Assembly (NCBI GenBank): GCA_965249135.1 | Contig: OZ252220.1 | Coordinates: 992,001-1,056,000 of the forward strand | Length of the DNA: 64,000 nucleotides | Direction of reading: 5' to 3' | DNA from: Alphaproteobacteria bacterium | GTDB lineage: Bacteria; Pseudomonadota; Alphaproteobacteria; GCA-2746255 | Shown: one piece after another, positions 1 through 10,370 of the stretch | Layout: each line of letters opens with the position of its first letter | Numbering within the stretch: the stretch's first letter is position 1 | Program-made: the position numbers and the translations under genes | Notes under the pieces: generated by a model | Told to the model about the DNA's origin: nothing | What the model saw: only the letters and a program-made list of their open reading frames with translations | The model's database searches: none

Positions 1-696
1 CTGGCCGATGGCCGCGTGACGTCGGGCGACGAAGTCTCCATCGCGCGCAAGGCGTCCCTCCACGGGCCCGCCGGCCGGCAGGTCTGCGTCATGACGTCCG
101 GTTTGCGTTCGCTGCGCGACAAGACGATTGCCTATTTCGAGCAGGCATTCTGCGACGAGACCGCCGCCGACATGCACGCGGTGCTCGCGATCTATGCGCA
201 GGGCTTAAGACGCGCGGCGGAAGAAGACGGCGACGCGCTCAAGGCATCGGCGCTTTCCTTCGATCTTCATACGATCATCGCCGGGCAGATGACGGACGAT
301 GCGCAACCAACCCTGTTTCTGGTTTACCCGGAGGGCAACTGGATCGAGGTGACGAAGCGCACGCCCTACATCGCGATCGGCGCCACGGCTTACGGCAAGG
401 CGATCCTCGACCGCACGCTTAGCTTCGACACGCCGCTCATGCTGGCACTACAAATCGCTTACCTTTCCTTCGATTCCACCCGGGTCAGCACGGCCGCGGT
501 GGGCTTTCCCCTCGACATGCTGACCTTCGCCCATGACCGGCAATGGCGGGCGATGACGCTGGAGCAGGACGACGTCGGCGGCATGCGGCAATGGTGGAAC
601 GATCACATCAAGGAATTGACGATCCGGATGTCGGCCGGGCCATGGGCGGAGCATCTGCTGGCGGACCCATATAAAAAAGGTGCACCCGCCCCTTAA
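1..696 (+). CDS. Proteasome-type (Anbu-like) Ntn-hydrolase peptidase, 5' truncated by the window
   Basis: Open from base 1 (LADGRVTSG); motifs LFLVYPEGNWIE, IGATAYGKAILDR, SFDST, VGFPLD typical of the Anbu family. Confidence 0.85.
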   Translation: MADGRVTSGDEVSIARKASLHGPAGRQVCVMTSGLRSLRDKTIAYFEQAFCDETAADMHAVLAIYAQGLRRAAEEDGDALKASALSFDLHTIIAGQMTDDAQPTLFLVYPEGNWIEVTKRTPYIAIGATAYGKAILDRTLSFDTPLMLALQIAYLSFDSTRVSTAAVGFPLDMLTFAHDRQWRAMTLEQDDVGGMRQWWNDHIKELTIRMSAGPWAEHLLADPYKKGAPAP

Positions 697-771
697 AGCC
701 CGACGCCGCCGGCCAGGTGCAGGGAAGGGCGCCATCGGCTATAGTGCCCAAGACGAAGGGGTCGAGGGGTG

Positions 772-1230
772 ATGGCGAAGGCGATCTTTGCGGCGGGCTG
801 CTTCTGGGGCGTCGAGGCGACGTTTCGAAAGCTCGAAGGGGTGACGGCGAGCGCCGTCGGCTATACGGGCGGGGTGACCCGAGATCCGACCTACCGCGAG
901 GTCTGCAAGGGTGATACCGGCCACGCCGAGGCGGTGGTGGTGACCTTCGAGCCTGAAAAGATTGCTTACGAGAAACTCCTCGACGTCTTCTGGAAGGCCC
1001 ACGATCCGACCAGCCTGAACCGCCAGGGTTCCGATCGGGGCGTCCAGTACCGCTCGGCGATTTTTTACACAACCCCGGAACAGGAGGCGGCGGCCAAGGC
1101 CTCGAAGGCAAGGCTCGAAAGGTCAGGCCGCTACGAGCGTGCGATCGTCACCGAGCTTACGCCCGCTTCGACCTTCTGGCTGGCCGAAGACTATCACCAG
1201 CAATATTTCGAGAAACAGGGCCGCGTGTAG
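772..1230 (+). CDS. msrA: Peptide methionine sulfoxide reductase A
   Basis: GCFWG active site, [21 protein letters not shown]. Confidence 0.97.
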   Translation: MAKAIFAAGCFWGVEATFRKLEGVTASAVGYTGGVTRDPTYREVCKGDTGHAEAVVVTFEPEKIAYEKLLDVFWKAHDPTSLNRQGSDRGVQYRSAIFYTTPEQEAAAKASKARLERSGRYERAIVTELTPASTFWLAEDYHQQYFEKQGRV

Positions 1231-1250
1231 GTTTAGGCCAGGCTTCGCGG

Positions 1251-1958
1251 CTACTCGCCGTATTTGTCGTGGAGCCGAAGCCACGCCATTGTGTAATCGA
1301 GGCTTTCCTCATCGCGTCCCATGGGCACGATATCGAGATAGTGGTAGGCGGTGATGAACATGTCGAGGCCCCGCCCAAACGATGAGTAGGCGTGAAGGAC
1401 GTCTCCATTCTCGCCTTTGCAAAAAACGCTGACGCCCGGCGCCTCGGTGCTGGGGAAAGTTTGCTTCTTATAATTGTAGGTGGTCTCGCCTTGCTCCAAC
1501 TCGTCTTCGGTGAACGACACGTTGTAATCTTGATTGAAATCGTTGCCCATCGATGAGACCCACTTGAACGTCCATCCCATCCGTTTCTTGAAGGCTTCGA
1601 GCTTTTCCAGCGGCGCCCTGGAAACGGCGATCATCGTCACGTCGCGCTGATTCAGATGGGGGATCGCCGGGTTGAAGTGGTCCGCCAGATACGAGCAGCT
1701 CGGGCACCCCTCGTCCCAGTCGGGGCCGAACATGAAGTGGTAGACGATGAGCTGGTGGCGTTCCTCGAACAGATCGGAAAGCGTCTCCTTGCCGTTCGGC
1801 CCGTCGAAAACATAATCTTTTTCGACCCGTTCCCAAGGAAGCGCCTGACGCGCCTTGCTTAGCGCATCGCGTACCTTCGTAAATTCCTTCTCCTTTACGA
1901 GGAACGCCTTTCGGGCCTCGATCCACGCCGCAGGGGATACGATTTTGGGCTTTTCCAT
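1251..1958 (-). CDS. DUF899 thioredoxin-like protein
   Basis: QLIVYHFMFGPDWDEGCPSCS, GRGLD, W.RLHD.Y; ATG at 1958 with GGGAGG RBS. Confidence 0.9.
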   Translation of the reverse strand: MEKPKIVSPAAWIEARKAFLVKEKEFTKVRDALSKARQALPWERVEKDYVFDGPNGKETLSDLFEERHQLIVYHFMFGPDWDEGCPSCSYLADHFNPAIPHLNQRDVTMIAVSRAPLEKLEAFKKRMGWTFKWVSSMGNDFNQDYNVSFTEDELEQGETTYNYKKQTFPSTEAPGVSVFCKGENGDVLHAYSSFGRGLDMFITAYHYLDIVPMGRDEESLDYTMAWLRLHDKYGE

Positions 1959-1960
1959 GT

Positions 1961-2511
1961 TCACCTCCCGTGTTCCTGGAGGTCGGGGTATCCGTTTATA
2001 TAGATCCAGTCGGTCGCCTCGGCCGGAAGGTGGCAGCCGATGCATTCGGCCTTGTAGTCCTTGGTGACCGTGGTGGACGGGTCATCGGCCTTGAACAAGG
2101 CCCAGCCCCAACCGTCTCCCCAAAGACCATGGTCCGGGAACCGGCCTTTCGCGTCCTTGATCATCACGAACCAGCCCTCGACCGCGTGCGCATGACTGAC
2201 TCGGCCGGCCGTCATGTCCTCAGTGGCGGTTCCAAACAGCTCCTTAACGATCACCGTGCCATCTGGAAACGCTCCGGTCTCGCGGTAGGCGTCCACTGCC
2301 TTCGGCTGGGTTAGACATTGTGGAAGCCGGACGCGCGCCCTTGGGGATCGTCGCCGGCCACCGACCAGGTACCCAGATAGCGCCAAGACCGAAAATCGTC
2401 GGGCAGCGAGATCAAGCCGTCGGCCCGGACGTAGGGCGAAAAGTCGGAGAGATCCCCGGCCGAAGCGGGTGCGATCGCGAGCCATCCCACGGCTGCTACG
2501 GCCATCGTCAT
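1961..2511 (-). pseudogene. Cytochrome P460-family protein, frameshifted
   Basis: Signal peptide and LPDDFRSWRYLGTW...FHNV in one frame; TQPKA...PDGTVIVKEL...CIGCH in another; 1-bp deletion near 2312. Confidence 0.8.
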
Positions 2512-2745
2512 TGCAAGGAAGTGATTCGTCGCCTGCCTCCAATGCCACAAGCCAGAAGCATGCCTCGTATATTGCACCACACCCTAGGCGAGGCAACCTT
2601 ACGCTTCGGCACAAACCCATCTCCCAAGAAGCGGGCGCTCAAGCGCAGGCCGGGCAAAACCGTACAAAAGCTATGGTTTTCTTTCCATCTGGCGGGTGGA
2701 ACAATCGATCGTGAAACGTAAAGAAGAGTAAGAGGGGGGACAAAG

Positions 2746-3366
2746 GTGAAATTCACGCAACGGTCTCTTACCACCGGTCTTGCCGGGATCGGGATTGCCG
2801 CGGCAATCGCGCTCTTCGGCCATGCCCCGCTTCACGCGGGCGAGATCGCCTACACACCCAAATTCAACGCGGCCGGAGAATTGTAGTTGCCCGAAGGCCC
2901 GGTTTGGTGAAACTGGGTGTTCATCGGCACGCCGGTTACTCCGAACGGGCTCAACGACGGAGCGGCGCCGTTCCCGGAGTTCCATATCGTCTACATCGAT
3001 CCGGAGAGTTACGCGCATTACAAGAAGACCGGCGAGTTTCGCGAAGGCACGGTCATCGCCAAGGAACTCACCTTCGTGAGAGCGACGGAAGACGCCAACG
3101 AGAATGGCTCGACGAACGAGGTCAGCGGCACCGGCTGTTTCATGGGCGAGTATTCGGGCTTGGAGATCACCATAAAGAGCAAGGCGCTCTACCCGGACGA
3201 GCCCGGTAATTGGGCCTATTACACGTTCGGCCACCAGCCCCAGCCCTATAACGCGACAGCCAAGCGGCAACCGGCCGATGCGTGCAACGCCTGCCACGAG
3301 GCAAGTGCCGCCGAAGACTTCGTATTTACGCAGTTCTACCCGGTTCTCCGCGCCGCGAAACCCTAA
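2746..3366 (+). pseudogene. Cytochrome P460 (CytL-like) with two in-frame stops
   Basis: GTG 2746 plus signal peptide; TAG 2884 and TGA 2908 in frame; VTPNGLNDG, FREGTVIAKEL, EPGNWAYY, CNACH, VFTQFYPVLRAAK. Confidence 0.85.
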
Positions 3367-3400
3367 TCAGGGATCGCACGCTTAGAAGGTCAAACCACGC

Positions 3401-3757
3401 TTGGGGAAGATTCGCGTTAAACGAATTTTTGATCCACCGGAGCCGGCGGATGGGTACCGGTTGCTCGTCGACCGGCTGTGGCCGCGCGACGTTTCCAAGG
3501 AGCGTGCCGCACTCGATGCGTGGATGAAGGAGATCGGCCCGAGTGCGAAGCTTCGAGGTTGGTTCGGTCACGACGCCGCGCGCTGGCAGGCGTTCAAGCG
3601 GCGCTATGCCGCCGAACTGGACAAGCGCCAGGACCTGGTGGCCGAGATCCGCACGCTTAGCCACAAGCGCACGGTCACGCTTCTGTATTCGGCGCGCGAT
3701 GCCGACCACAACCAGGCGGTGGCGCTGGCGGAATACCTCGCCGCCAAGGCCGATTAA
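3401..3757 (+). CDS. DUF488 / YeaO-like protein
   Basis: DGYRLLVDRLWPR, LRGWFGHD, HNQAVAL. Confidence 0.9.
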   Translation: MGKIRVKRIFDPPEPADGYRLLVDRLWPRDVSKERAALDAWMKEIGPSAKLRGWFGHDAARWQAFKRRYAAELDKRQDLVAEIRTLSHKRTVTLLYSARDADHNQAVALAEYLAAKAD

Positions 3758-4029
3758 TCGTAAAGGCTTAAGAAGCCCGGAATTACCCGCCGAGCAACGG
3801 TTAACGGCTTTTTGGCGTCCCACTGGGCTTTACGAATCATTGACTTTTGTGTGCTATTCTCCACATACTTCCAAATACGTGTTGCATTTGTTTAGTGAGA
3901 TCTAAATAACCGGTACGCCGATTAGCTTAGTTATCCCCTGACAATGTAAGCGTTAAATCGACCGCGTCGCCACATGGTGTGGGGCGCGGAATCAGGACAC
4001 ATGTAAGACACTTGTTAGAGGAAATAACT

Positions 4030-4239
4030 ATGGCTACTGGTACTGTAAAATGGTTCAACCCGGCCAAGGGTTTTGGATTCATCGAGCCGGATGACGGTTC
4101 AAAAGACGCTTTCGTTCACATTTCGGCCGTCGAACGCGCCGGACTGACGTCGCTCAGCGAAGGGCAGAAGGTCTCCTACGAGCTTCAGCCCGGACAGAAC
4201 GGCAAATCTTCCGCCGAGAACCTGTCCGTCGTCGAATAA
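4030..4239 (+). CDS. cspA: Cold-shock protein
   Basis: [23 protein letters not shown]; long AT-rich upstream leader. Confidence 0.95.
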   Translation: MATGTVKWFNPAKGFGFIEPDDGSKDAFVHISAVERAGLTSLSEGQKVSYELQPGQNGKSSAENLSVVE

Positions 4240-4521
4240 CCGGGCATGGCGCCGCCTCCGACTCCGGTTGGGGGCGGCCGCCGCTTAGCCTTGGTGATGC
4301 GATCCTTGAGCGATCGCCTCGCAGACGGAAGGAGATGAGCGGACCGATCCGCACGGCCTTCCTTCGACAACACGACCTACGACGCACAAATACGTTAAAC
4401 GGCGCGCCGCGCCGTGCCATCGCAGAGTTTACGCATAAGCCTAGCGGGCGGTCCCGCCCGCGTCCCGGCCCGCGCTTGGCGACGAAAATTTCCGACCGCG
4501 CGCCTCAAGCTGAAGCAGAGG

Positions 4522-4821
4522 ATGTCCGAAATGTTGAAGTCAGCAAAATCGAGGGCCGAGGAACAATTCGCCGCAACCCAGAAGAAGGGCAAGCAGGCCC
4601 TGAAGGAAAAGGAAAAAGCGCGGGCTGAGATGGCGGAACGCGTGGCGAAGCAGCGGGCGGCTCGCTTGGCCAAGGAGGCGGTCGACAAGAAGGCCGCCGA
4701 GAAGGCCGAGGCCGAGAAGGCGGCCGCCAAGAAAACGGCCGCCAAGAAAACGGCCGCCAAGAAAACGGCCGCCAAGAAAGCCGCCGCCAAGAAAGCCGCC
4801 GCCAAGAAGAAAAAATCCTAA
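4522..4821 (+). CDS. Small Lys/Ala-rich protein with histone-like AAKKT repeats
   Basis: Coiled-coil N-terminus; 15-bp GCCGCCAAGAAA(A/G)CN tandem repeats at about 4720-4810. Confidence 0.6.
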   Translation: MSEMLKSAKSRAEEQFAATQKKGKQALKEKEKARAEMAERVAKQRAARLAKEAVDKKAAEKAEAEKAAAKKTAAKKTAAKKTAAKKAAAKKAAAKKKKS

Positions 4822-4870
4822 CGACGCCAGCTTGGCGCTTTGATTGACCCGGCGCTGTGATTGAAAAAAC

Positions 4871-4895
4871 TGGTGCCCAGGGGCGGAATTGAACC
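4871..4895 (-). repeat. Copy of the tRNA-Phe 3' end (att-like)
   Basis: TGGTGCCCAGGGGCGGAATTGAACC identical to 6112-6136. Confidence 0.9.
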
Positions 4896-4899
4896 GCTA

Positions 4900-5379
4900 A
4901 TGGCTAGCGAACTGATCAGCGTAGTCGCCGTTTCGACGGCGTTGGGTGCCGCCTTGGTTGCCGGTATCTTCTTCGCCTTCTCAACCTTCATCATGAAAGC
5001 TCTCAGCCGCCTACACCCCGAACAAGGGATCGCGGCAATGCAGTCCATTAACGTGACGGTACTCAACCCCTGGTTCTTTGCCGTGTTTTTCGGAACGGCG
5101 CTGGGCTCGATAGTGCTTGCCCTATTTGGAATCCTTGACTGGGGTGCGGCTGGGTCGACCTATCTGGTCGCCGGCAGCCTGCTTTACGTGATCGGCTGTA
5201 TCCTGGTGACCATCGTGTTCAACGTCCCGCTCAACCATGCACTGGCCGCTGTGGAACCGGACAGTAAAGAGGGTGCCGAAACGTGGACCCGGTATCTCTC
5301 CACGTGGACGACATGGAATCACCTTCGAACGGTCGCCTCGCTTGCCGCCGCAGCGGCGTTCATCCTGGCAATTCGATAA
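4900..5379 (+). CDS. DUF1772 / anthrone oxygenase-family membrane protein
   Basis: AGIFFAFSTFIMKAL, AMQSIN, NVPLN, WT.WNHLRT. Confidence 0.9.
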   Translation: MASELISVVAVSTALGAALVAGIFFAFSTFIMKALSRLHPEQGIAAMQSINVTVLNPWFFAVFFGTALGSIVLALFGILDWGAAGSTYLVAGSLLYVIGCILVTIVFNVPLNHALAAVEPDSKEGAETWTRYLSTWTTWNHLRTVASLAAAAAFILAIR

Positions 5380-5441
5380 TCCCACCCCGCCCAGAGTGCA
5401 TACTCCATTTCTTAGATTCCCATACGATAGCAGTCAAAAAC

Positions 5442-5476
5442 TGGTGCCCAGGGGCGGAATTGAACCGCCGATACGC
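5442..5476 (-). repeat. Second copy of the tRNA-Phe 3' end (att-like)
   Basis: 35 bp matching 6112-6146 with 2 mismatches. Confidence 0.9.
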
Positions 5477-5571
5477 CGGGGCGGCCCTTGCACACTTGAA
5501 CGTCCGAAAGCAGGGGTTTTATACTTTCCATCTGCCTATCCGCATCCGTTAGCGTTACTTGGAGACCAGCC

Positions 5572-5994
5572 ATGAAGCCGAAGCATTTCGTCTATGCGTT
5601 GCTTATCGCATCGGTTCCGTTCTTCGCTGGAAGCGCCTCGGCGGAACCAACTTTGTGGGGTATCTACGGCGCGCACAATTTGCACGACTGCCCAGTCAAC
5701 AATCGCGAGACGGCGAAGGCGGTGATCGCGCTCAACGCGATGGACCTCAAACCGTTGATGGAGAAGTATGGAGTCACGCGTTTCTTGGACCGATACCATT
5801 CGGGTCTCGAACACACTTTCCTCTGGGCCGTCGAGACCAACGAGCCACATAATCTGGAAGAGTTTGCCATCGAGCTCGGCGTCGCCAGTTGGAACGACTT
5901 GAAATTCGTGCCCCTGCGCACGTTTGAAGAGGGTGTCGTGCCGGTCGTTCGTGTGCTGCACGGCCTGGAAGACTGGAAACCACCAGCCGAGTAA
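5572..5994 (+). CDS. Secreted hypothetical protein
   Basis: GGAG RBS; signal peptide ending ASA-E; H..HDCP motif. Confidence 0.7.
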   Translation: MKPKHFVYALLIASVPFFAGSASAEPTLWGIYGAHNLHDCPVNNRETAKAVIALNAMDLKPLMEKYGVTRFLDRYHSGLEHTFLWAVETNEPHNLEEFAIELGVASWNDLKFVPLRTFEEGVVPVVRVLHGLEDWKPPAE

Positions 5995-6111
5995 GCGAGC
6001 CACAATCGATTTGCGAGCCCGATGGCCGGTGCCGAGATCGCACCGAGCGCGTGGCCGGCGCTACCCCGAACAACGGGGGCTAAGGCAATTCCATCGAGCG
6101 CATTAAAAAAC

Positions 6112-6187
<76 letters not shown>

Positions 6188-6249
6188 AGATCGCGCGTTT
6201 CCGGCGGTTTTCATAGGCAAAAAGGACGGCCCTGTCCAGCCACCCACCC

Positions 6250-6447
6250 TTAACCCCCTTCATCTGCATCCTTATCTTCCGGGCCCGGCATCGTATCGGA
6301 GCGTTCCTCGGTCGGGATCCGGTAGTCCCCGTTCAACCATTTGCCAAGATCGCGGTCGGCGCAACGCTTCGAGCAAAACGGGCGGGTGGCCGTGCTTTGA
6401 GGCTTGCCGCAGATCGGACAAGCAGATTTTGCTTTACGCGCCGCCAT
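6250..6447 (-). CDS. yacG: DNA gyrase inhibitor YacG
   Basis: CPICGK...RPFCSKRC...DLGKWL.G.YRIP. Confidence 0.95.
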   Translation of the reverse strand: MAARKAKSACPICGKPQSTATRPFCSKRCADRDLGKWLNGDYRIPTEERSDTMPGPEDKDADEGG

Positions 6448-7042
6448 AACCGCCCCCATAGCCTAAACCTTCCAGCAGCAGCGCCGTCTCGCAGATGGAA
6501 AGCCCGATGACGTTCGTGTAGGAGCCTTGCAAGCTGCGCACGAAGCGTCCGGCATGGCCTTGAATGGCATAGCCGCCGGCCTTGCCTTCCCATTCGCGCG
6601 TTTCGAGATAGGCCTTGATCTCAGGACCGGTGAGCCGCTTGAAGGTGACCCGCGTCGTCACCAGACGGCTCGCGATCCCGCCACCTGGGCCGCCACCCGG
6701 CGCGATCACGCAAATGCCGCCATGGACCCGGTGGCTTCGTCCGGAAAGAAGGCGTAAACCGCGTTCCGCCTCGCCTTCGTCCCGCGCTTTAAGCAACACG
6801 CGGCGGCCAAGGGCGACGACGGTGTCCGCCGCCAGCACGAAGGCATCCTTGTTGCGGGCGGCGACGGCGGCCGCCTTTGCTTCGGCAAGCCGTTTGGCAA
6901 GCTGGTGCGGTTTCTCACCCGCGCCTCTCGTTTCATCGATTTTGGGCGGATCGACCGTGTCGGGGGCAAGGCCCGCCGCGACAAGAAGTTCAAGTCGTCT
7001 TGGTGAGGCAGACGCAAGCACGAGCGGGGAACGGGCCGACAT
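6434..7042 (-). CDS. maf: Maf nucleotide pyrophosphatase
   Basis: LVLASASPRR, ADTVV, GKAGGYAIQG, GSYTNVIGL. Confidence 0.95.
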   Translation of the reverse strand: MSARSPLVLASASPRRLELLVAAGLAPDTVDPPKIDETRGAGEKPHQLAKRLAEAKAAAVAARNKDAFVLAADTVVALGRRVLLKARDEGEAERGLRLLSGRSHRVHGGICVIAPGGGPGGGIASRLVTTRVTFKRLTGPEIKAYLETREWEGKAGGYAIQGHAGRFVRSLQGSYTNVIGLSICETALLLEGLGYGGGYGGA

Positions 7043-7053
7043 TTTAAAGCGGA

Positions 7054-7272
7054 CTATTTGAAGCGGAAGGTGATCCGCCCTTTCGTCAGATCGTACGGCG
7101 TCATTTCGACGATGACCTTGTCGCCGGCCAGCACGCGGATGCGGTGCTTGCGCATCTTTCCGGCCGTATGGGCCAGCACTTCGTGGTCGTTCTCCAGCTT
7201 CACGCGAAACATCGCGTTGGGGAGCAATTCCATCACCGTGCCGGTGAACTCCAGGAGTTCTTCTTTCGCCAT
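7054..7272 (-). CDS. infA: Translation initiation factor IF-1
   Basis: MAKEE...[12 protein letters not shown]...[13 protein letters not shown]. Confidence 0.98.
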   Translation of the reverse strand: MAKEELLEFTGTVMELLPNAMFRVKLENDHEVLAHTAGKMRKHRIRVLAGDKVIVEMTPYDLTKGRITFRFK

Positions 7273-7361
7273 GGCGCTCTTTACGTTCCGTTCAGGGTCC
7301 CCGATGAATCTGCCGCGAGACCCCACAAGTCAAGGAATTTCTTGGGCTTTTTGCTTAAGAC

Positions 7362-7805
7362 TCACGCTTGCGGCGCGACCACCGCTTCGAAGCGAAGCTT
7401 GATGCGTTGCAAGAGTTCGTCCCGCACCTCGCGATAGACTTTGATCCGCACCTCGCGATTGCCGTGCACGTAGGAGGGATCCATCGTCTTCCAGTATTCC
7501 ACCTCGGCCGCCATCGTCCGCGTCATCTCGGCCGCCTTGTGCTGCGCCTCCGGCGAAAGCGAGACGACGAGATCGAAATAGGTGTCCTCGAGCTCCTCGA
7601 AGGCCTTCGAGCGGTGCCGGCTGATGTCGATGCCGATCTCGTCCATCACGGCCACCGCGAAGGCGTCGATCTCGCCGGCGCGCACGCCGACTGAATCGAC
7701 ATAGACGCGATCCCCCAACAGATGCTTCAGGATTCCCTCCGCCATCGGAGAACGGATGGCGTTGTGCGTACATGCGAAGAGCACGCTGCCGGGGAGGTTG
7801 CCCAT
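7362..7805 (-). CDS. LMW phosphatase / ArsC-family protein
   Basis: VLFACTHNAIRSPMAE P-loop. Confidence 0.9.
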   Translation of the reverse strand: MGNLPGSVLFACTHNAIRSPMAEGILKHLLGDRVYVDSVGVRAGEIDAFAVAVMDEIGIDISRHRSKAFEELEDTYFDLVVSLSPEAQHKAAEMTRTMAAEVEYWKTMDPSYVHGNREVRIKVYREVRDELLQRIKLRFEAVVAPQA

Positions 7806-8285
7806 TTAATTCCGAATGTGCAGGACGCAGATGAGAGTGAAAAGCCGGCGTGCCGTGTTGTCATCCATGACGACCTTGCCGGCCAGGCGATCGCATAAGA
7901 ACTCGGCGCCTTCGTCGTGGAGCCCGCGCCGGCCCATGTCGATCGATTCGATCTGGGTGGGCGTCGCCGACTTCTTGATGGCGGCGAAGTAGCTGTCGCA
8001 AACGGTGAAGTAATCGCGGATGAGCTTGCGAAACGGCGACATCGAAAGCGTGATGCGCGCCAGTTCGTCTCCGCAATTCGCGCGGATATCGAAATGGAGC
8101 CGCTTCTCGACGATCGAGAGGTGCAGATCGTAAGGGCCGGGCGTGAGACCGACCGGCGCGAAATGGTTTTCCTCGAGAAGATCGAAGATGGCGACGGAGC
8201 GCTCGTGCTCGACCTCCGGCGACCAGCGCACGATGGATCGCTCGTCGAGCGTCACTTCCGAAATGTGCTGCGTATTGGCGGACAC
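7806..8285 (-). CDS. UPF0262 family protein
   Basis: [41 protein letters not shown]. Confidence 0.92.
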   Translation of the reverse strand: MSANTQHISEVTLDERSIVRWSPEVEHERSVAIFDLLEENHFAPVGLTPGPYDLHLSIVEKRLHFDIRANCGDELARITLSMSPFRKLIRDYFTVCDSYFAAIKKSATPTQIESIDMGRRGLHDEGAEFLCDRLAGKVVMDDNTARRLFTLICVLHIRN

Positions 8286-8298
8286 TAGCGGCCCCCGT

Positions 8299-9624
8299 TC
8301 ACGCGTCGTCTCCAGGATTTCGGCGGATGCGCAAGGAAAGGGCGTGGGCATCCAGGCCCTCCGCCCGGGCCAGGGTCTCGGCCGCCGGGCCGAGCCGGCT
8401 CAAGCCTTCCGCGTTCACGCCGATGAGCGAGCTTCGCTTCAGGAAATCCATGACGCCAAGGCCGGAGGAAAACCGCGCGCTTCCTCCGGTGGGAAGCACG
8501 TGGCTGGGCCCCGCCACGTAATCGCCAAGCGCCTCCGGCGTAAACCGGCCTAAGAAGATGGCGCCGGCGTTTCGCACGCGGCCTGCGATGGCGTCGGGAT
8601 CTTTGACGGCAAGCTCGAGATGTTCCGGCGCCAGGGCATCGATCAGCGGGAGCGCATCTTCAATCCCCGCGACAAGGATGATCGCCCCGTTCTTCTCCCA
8701 GCTTGCCCTGGCGATCTCGGCCCGATCCAGGGTCCGAAGCGTGGTTGCGACCGCGGCCTCGACGCGGGCCGCGAAGGCGGCATCGTCGGTGATCAGGATG
8801 GCGCGGGCGGCCGGATCGTGTTCGGCCTGGGCAAGCAGATCGGCGGCGATCCAGGCGGGGTCGTTCTGGCCATCGGCCAGGATGAGGATTTCGGAAGGCC
8901 CGGCCACCATGTCGATGCCGACCCGGCCGAAGACCTGGCGCTTGGCCGACGCCACATAGGCGTTGCCGGGGCCGACGATCTTGTCGACGGCGGGCACGCT
9001 TTCGGTGCCGAACGCGAAAGCCGCGATCGCCTGGGCGCCGCCCAGCCGATAGACCTCGGTCACGCCGGCGATTTCGGCGGCGGCAAGAAGCAGCGGGTTC
9101 AGAGCGCGCGCCGGCGCCGGCGCCGTCATCACGATCCGCTCGACGCCGGCGACGCGGGCGGGGATGGCGTTCATCAGTACGCTGCTTGGGTAGACGGCCG
9201 TGCCGCCGGGCACATAGATGCCGACCGTTTGAAGCGGGCGGGTGCGAAAGCCCACCCGGATGCCCGCCTCGTCCCCGAGATCTGGGTCTTCCGGCAATTG
9301 GCGGCGGTGCGTGGCCTCGATGCGGCGCGCTGCAAACGCGAGCGCTTCCAGGACTTCTCCATCGACGGCGGCTTTTGCTTTCGCGAACTCGGCCTCATCG
9401 ACACGGAAGTCCTCAGGTTTCAGCGAAACGCCATCGAAACGCTCCGTATACTCGATGAGCGCTTGATCGCCGCGTTCGCGGACTTGCTTAAGGATTTCCG
9501 CTACGGCCGCATCGACGTCTTCCTGCACCTGGCGGGAGGCATCCAGCAACGCCCGGAACGCCGATTCGAAGCCGGCATCCTTCGCATCAAGAAACCTTGG
9601 CGCATCAAGAGACCTTGGCATCAA
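8299..9624 (-). CDS. hisD: Histidinol dehydrogenase
   Basis: [35 protein letters not shown]. Confidence 0.97.
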   Translation of the reverse strand: MMPRSLDAPRFLDAKDAGFESAFRALLDASRQVQEDVDAAVAEILKQVRERGDQALIEYTERFDGVSLKPEDFRVDEAEFAKAKAAVDGEVLEALAFAARRIEATHRRQLPEDPDLGDEAGIRVGFRTRPLQTVGIYVPGGTAVYPSSVLMNAIPARVAGVERIVMTAPAPARALNPLLLAAAEIAGVTEVYRLGGAQAIAAFAFGTESVPAVDKIVGPGNAYVASAKRQVFGRVGIDMVAGPSEILILADGQNDPAWIAADLLAQAEHDPAARAILITDDAAFAARVEAAVATTLRTLDRAEIARASWEKNGAIILVAGIEDALPLIDALAPEHLELAVKDPDAIAGRVRNAGAIFLGRFTPEALGDYVAGPSHVLPTGGSARFSSGLGVMDFLKRSSLIGVNAEGLSRLGPAAETLARAEGLDAHALSLRIRRNPGDDA

Positions 9625-10273
9625 CCATCTCCCGGAACCGGTCTATCCACGCCGTGACCTCGCGGGTGCGCGTCTTCAGCGCCGTTCGGTTGACGGCCAG
9701 GCGCGAGGTGATGTCGGCGATCTTCTCGACCTCGACGAGGCCGTTCTGGCGAAGCGTCTCTCCCGTTGCGACGAGATCGACGATGCGTTCGCAAAGGCCC
9801 ATCGAAGGGGCAAGCTCCATCGCCCCGTTCAGCTTGATGCATTCCGCCTGCACCCCGCGGGCGGCGAAGTGGCGCCGGGTAAGCGCGGGGTATTTCGTGG
9901 CGACGCGCACCCGGGACCAACGCGAAGGGTTGTCCTTCGTTCCCATCGCTTCCGGTTCGGCGACGACCAGCCGACAGCACCCGATGCGAAGGTCGAGCGG
10001 CGCATAGATCTCGGAATAGTCGAATTCCATCAGCACGTCGTTGCCGACGATGCCGAGCTGGGCGGCGCCGAAGGCGATGAAGGTGGCGGCATCGAAAGAG
10101 CGCACCTGGATGAGATCGAGCGCCGGGTCCGAGGTCGCGAAGCGGAGCTGGCGGGTATCGGGGTCGCGAAAAGCCGGCTCCGGCTCGACGCCAAGGCGCG
10201 CGAGCAGCGGCACCGCCTCGGCAAGCAGGCGGCCTTTCGGCAGTGCGAGCACGATTTTCTTGTCCTGCGCCAA
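9605..10273 (-). CDS. hisG: ATP phosphoribosyltransferase (short form)
   Basis: [29 protein letters not shown]; TTG start with AGGAG RBS. Confidence 0.95.
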   Translation of the reverse strand: MAQDKKIVLALPKGRLLAEAVPLLARLGVEPEPAFRDPDTRQLRFATSDPALDLIQVRSFDAATFIAFGAAQLGIVGNDVLMEFDYSEIYAPLDLRIGCCRLVVAEPEAMGTKDNPSRWSRVRVATKYPALTRRHFAARGVQAECIKLNGAMELAPSMGLCERIVDLVATGETLRQNGLVEVEKIADITSRLAVNRTALKTRTREVTAWIDRFREMVDAKVS

Positions 10274-10370
10274 GGTGTTCGCTCCTTTTCCCGGCCGCAC
10301 GTATAGCACAAGGGCGCGCTTTCAGCCTATGACCCGGTTTTTACCGCCAGCACCGAAGCGTTGTGCCGCC

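Noticed and set aside
2884-2910. Stop-codon recoding (Pyl/Sec) in cytochrome P460
   Set aside because: Two different stops, both simple C>T changes; TAG and TGA end normal genes here; the neighbouring paralogue is also broken
4861-4899. N-terminal extension KKLVPRGGIEP on DUF1772
   Set aside because: It is the antisense translation of the tRNA-Phe fragment
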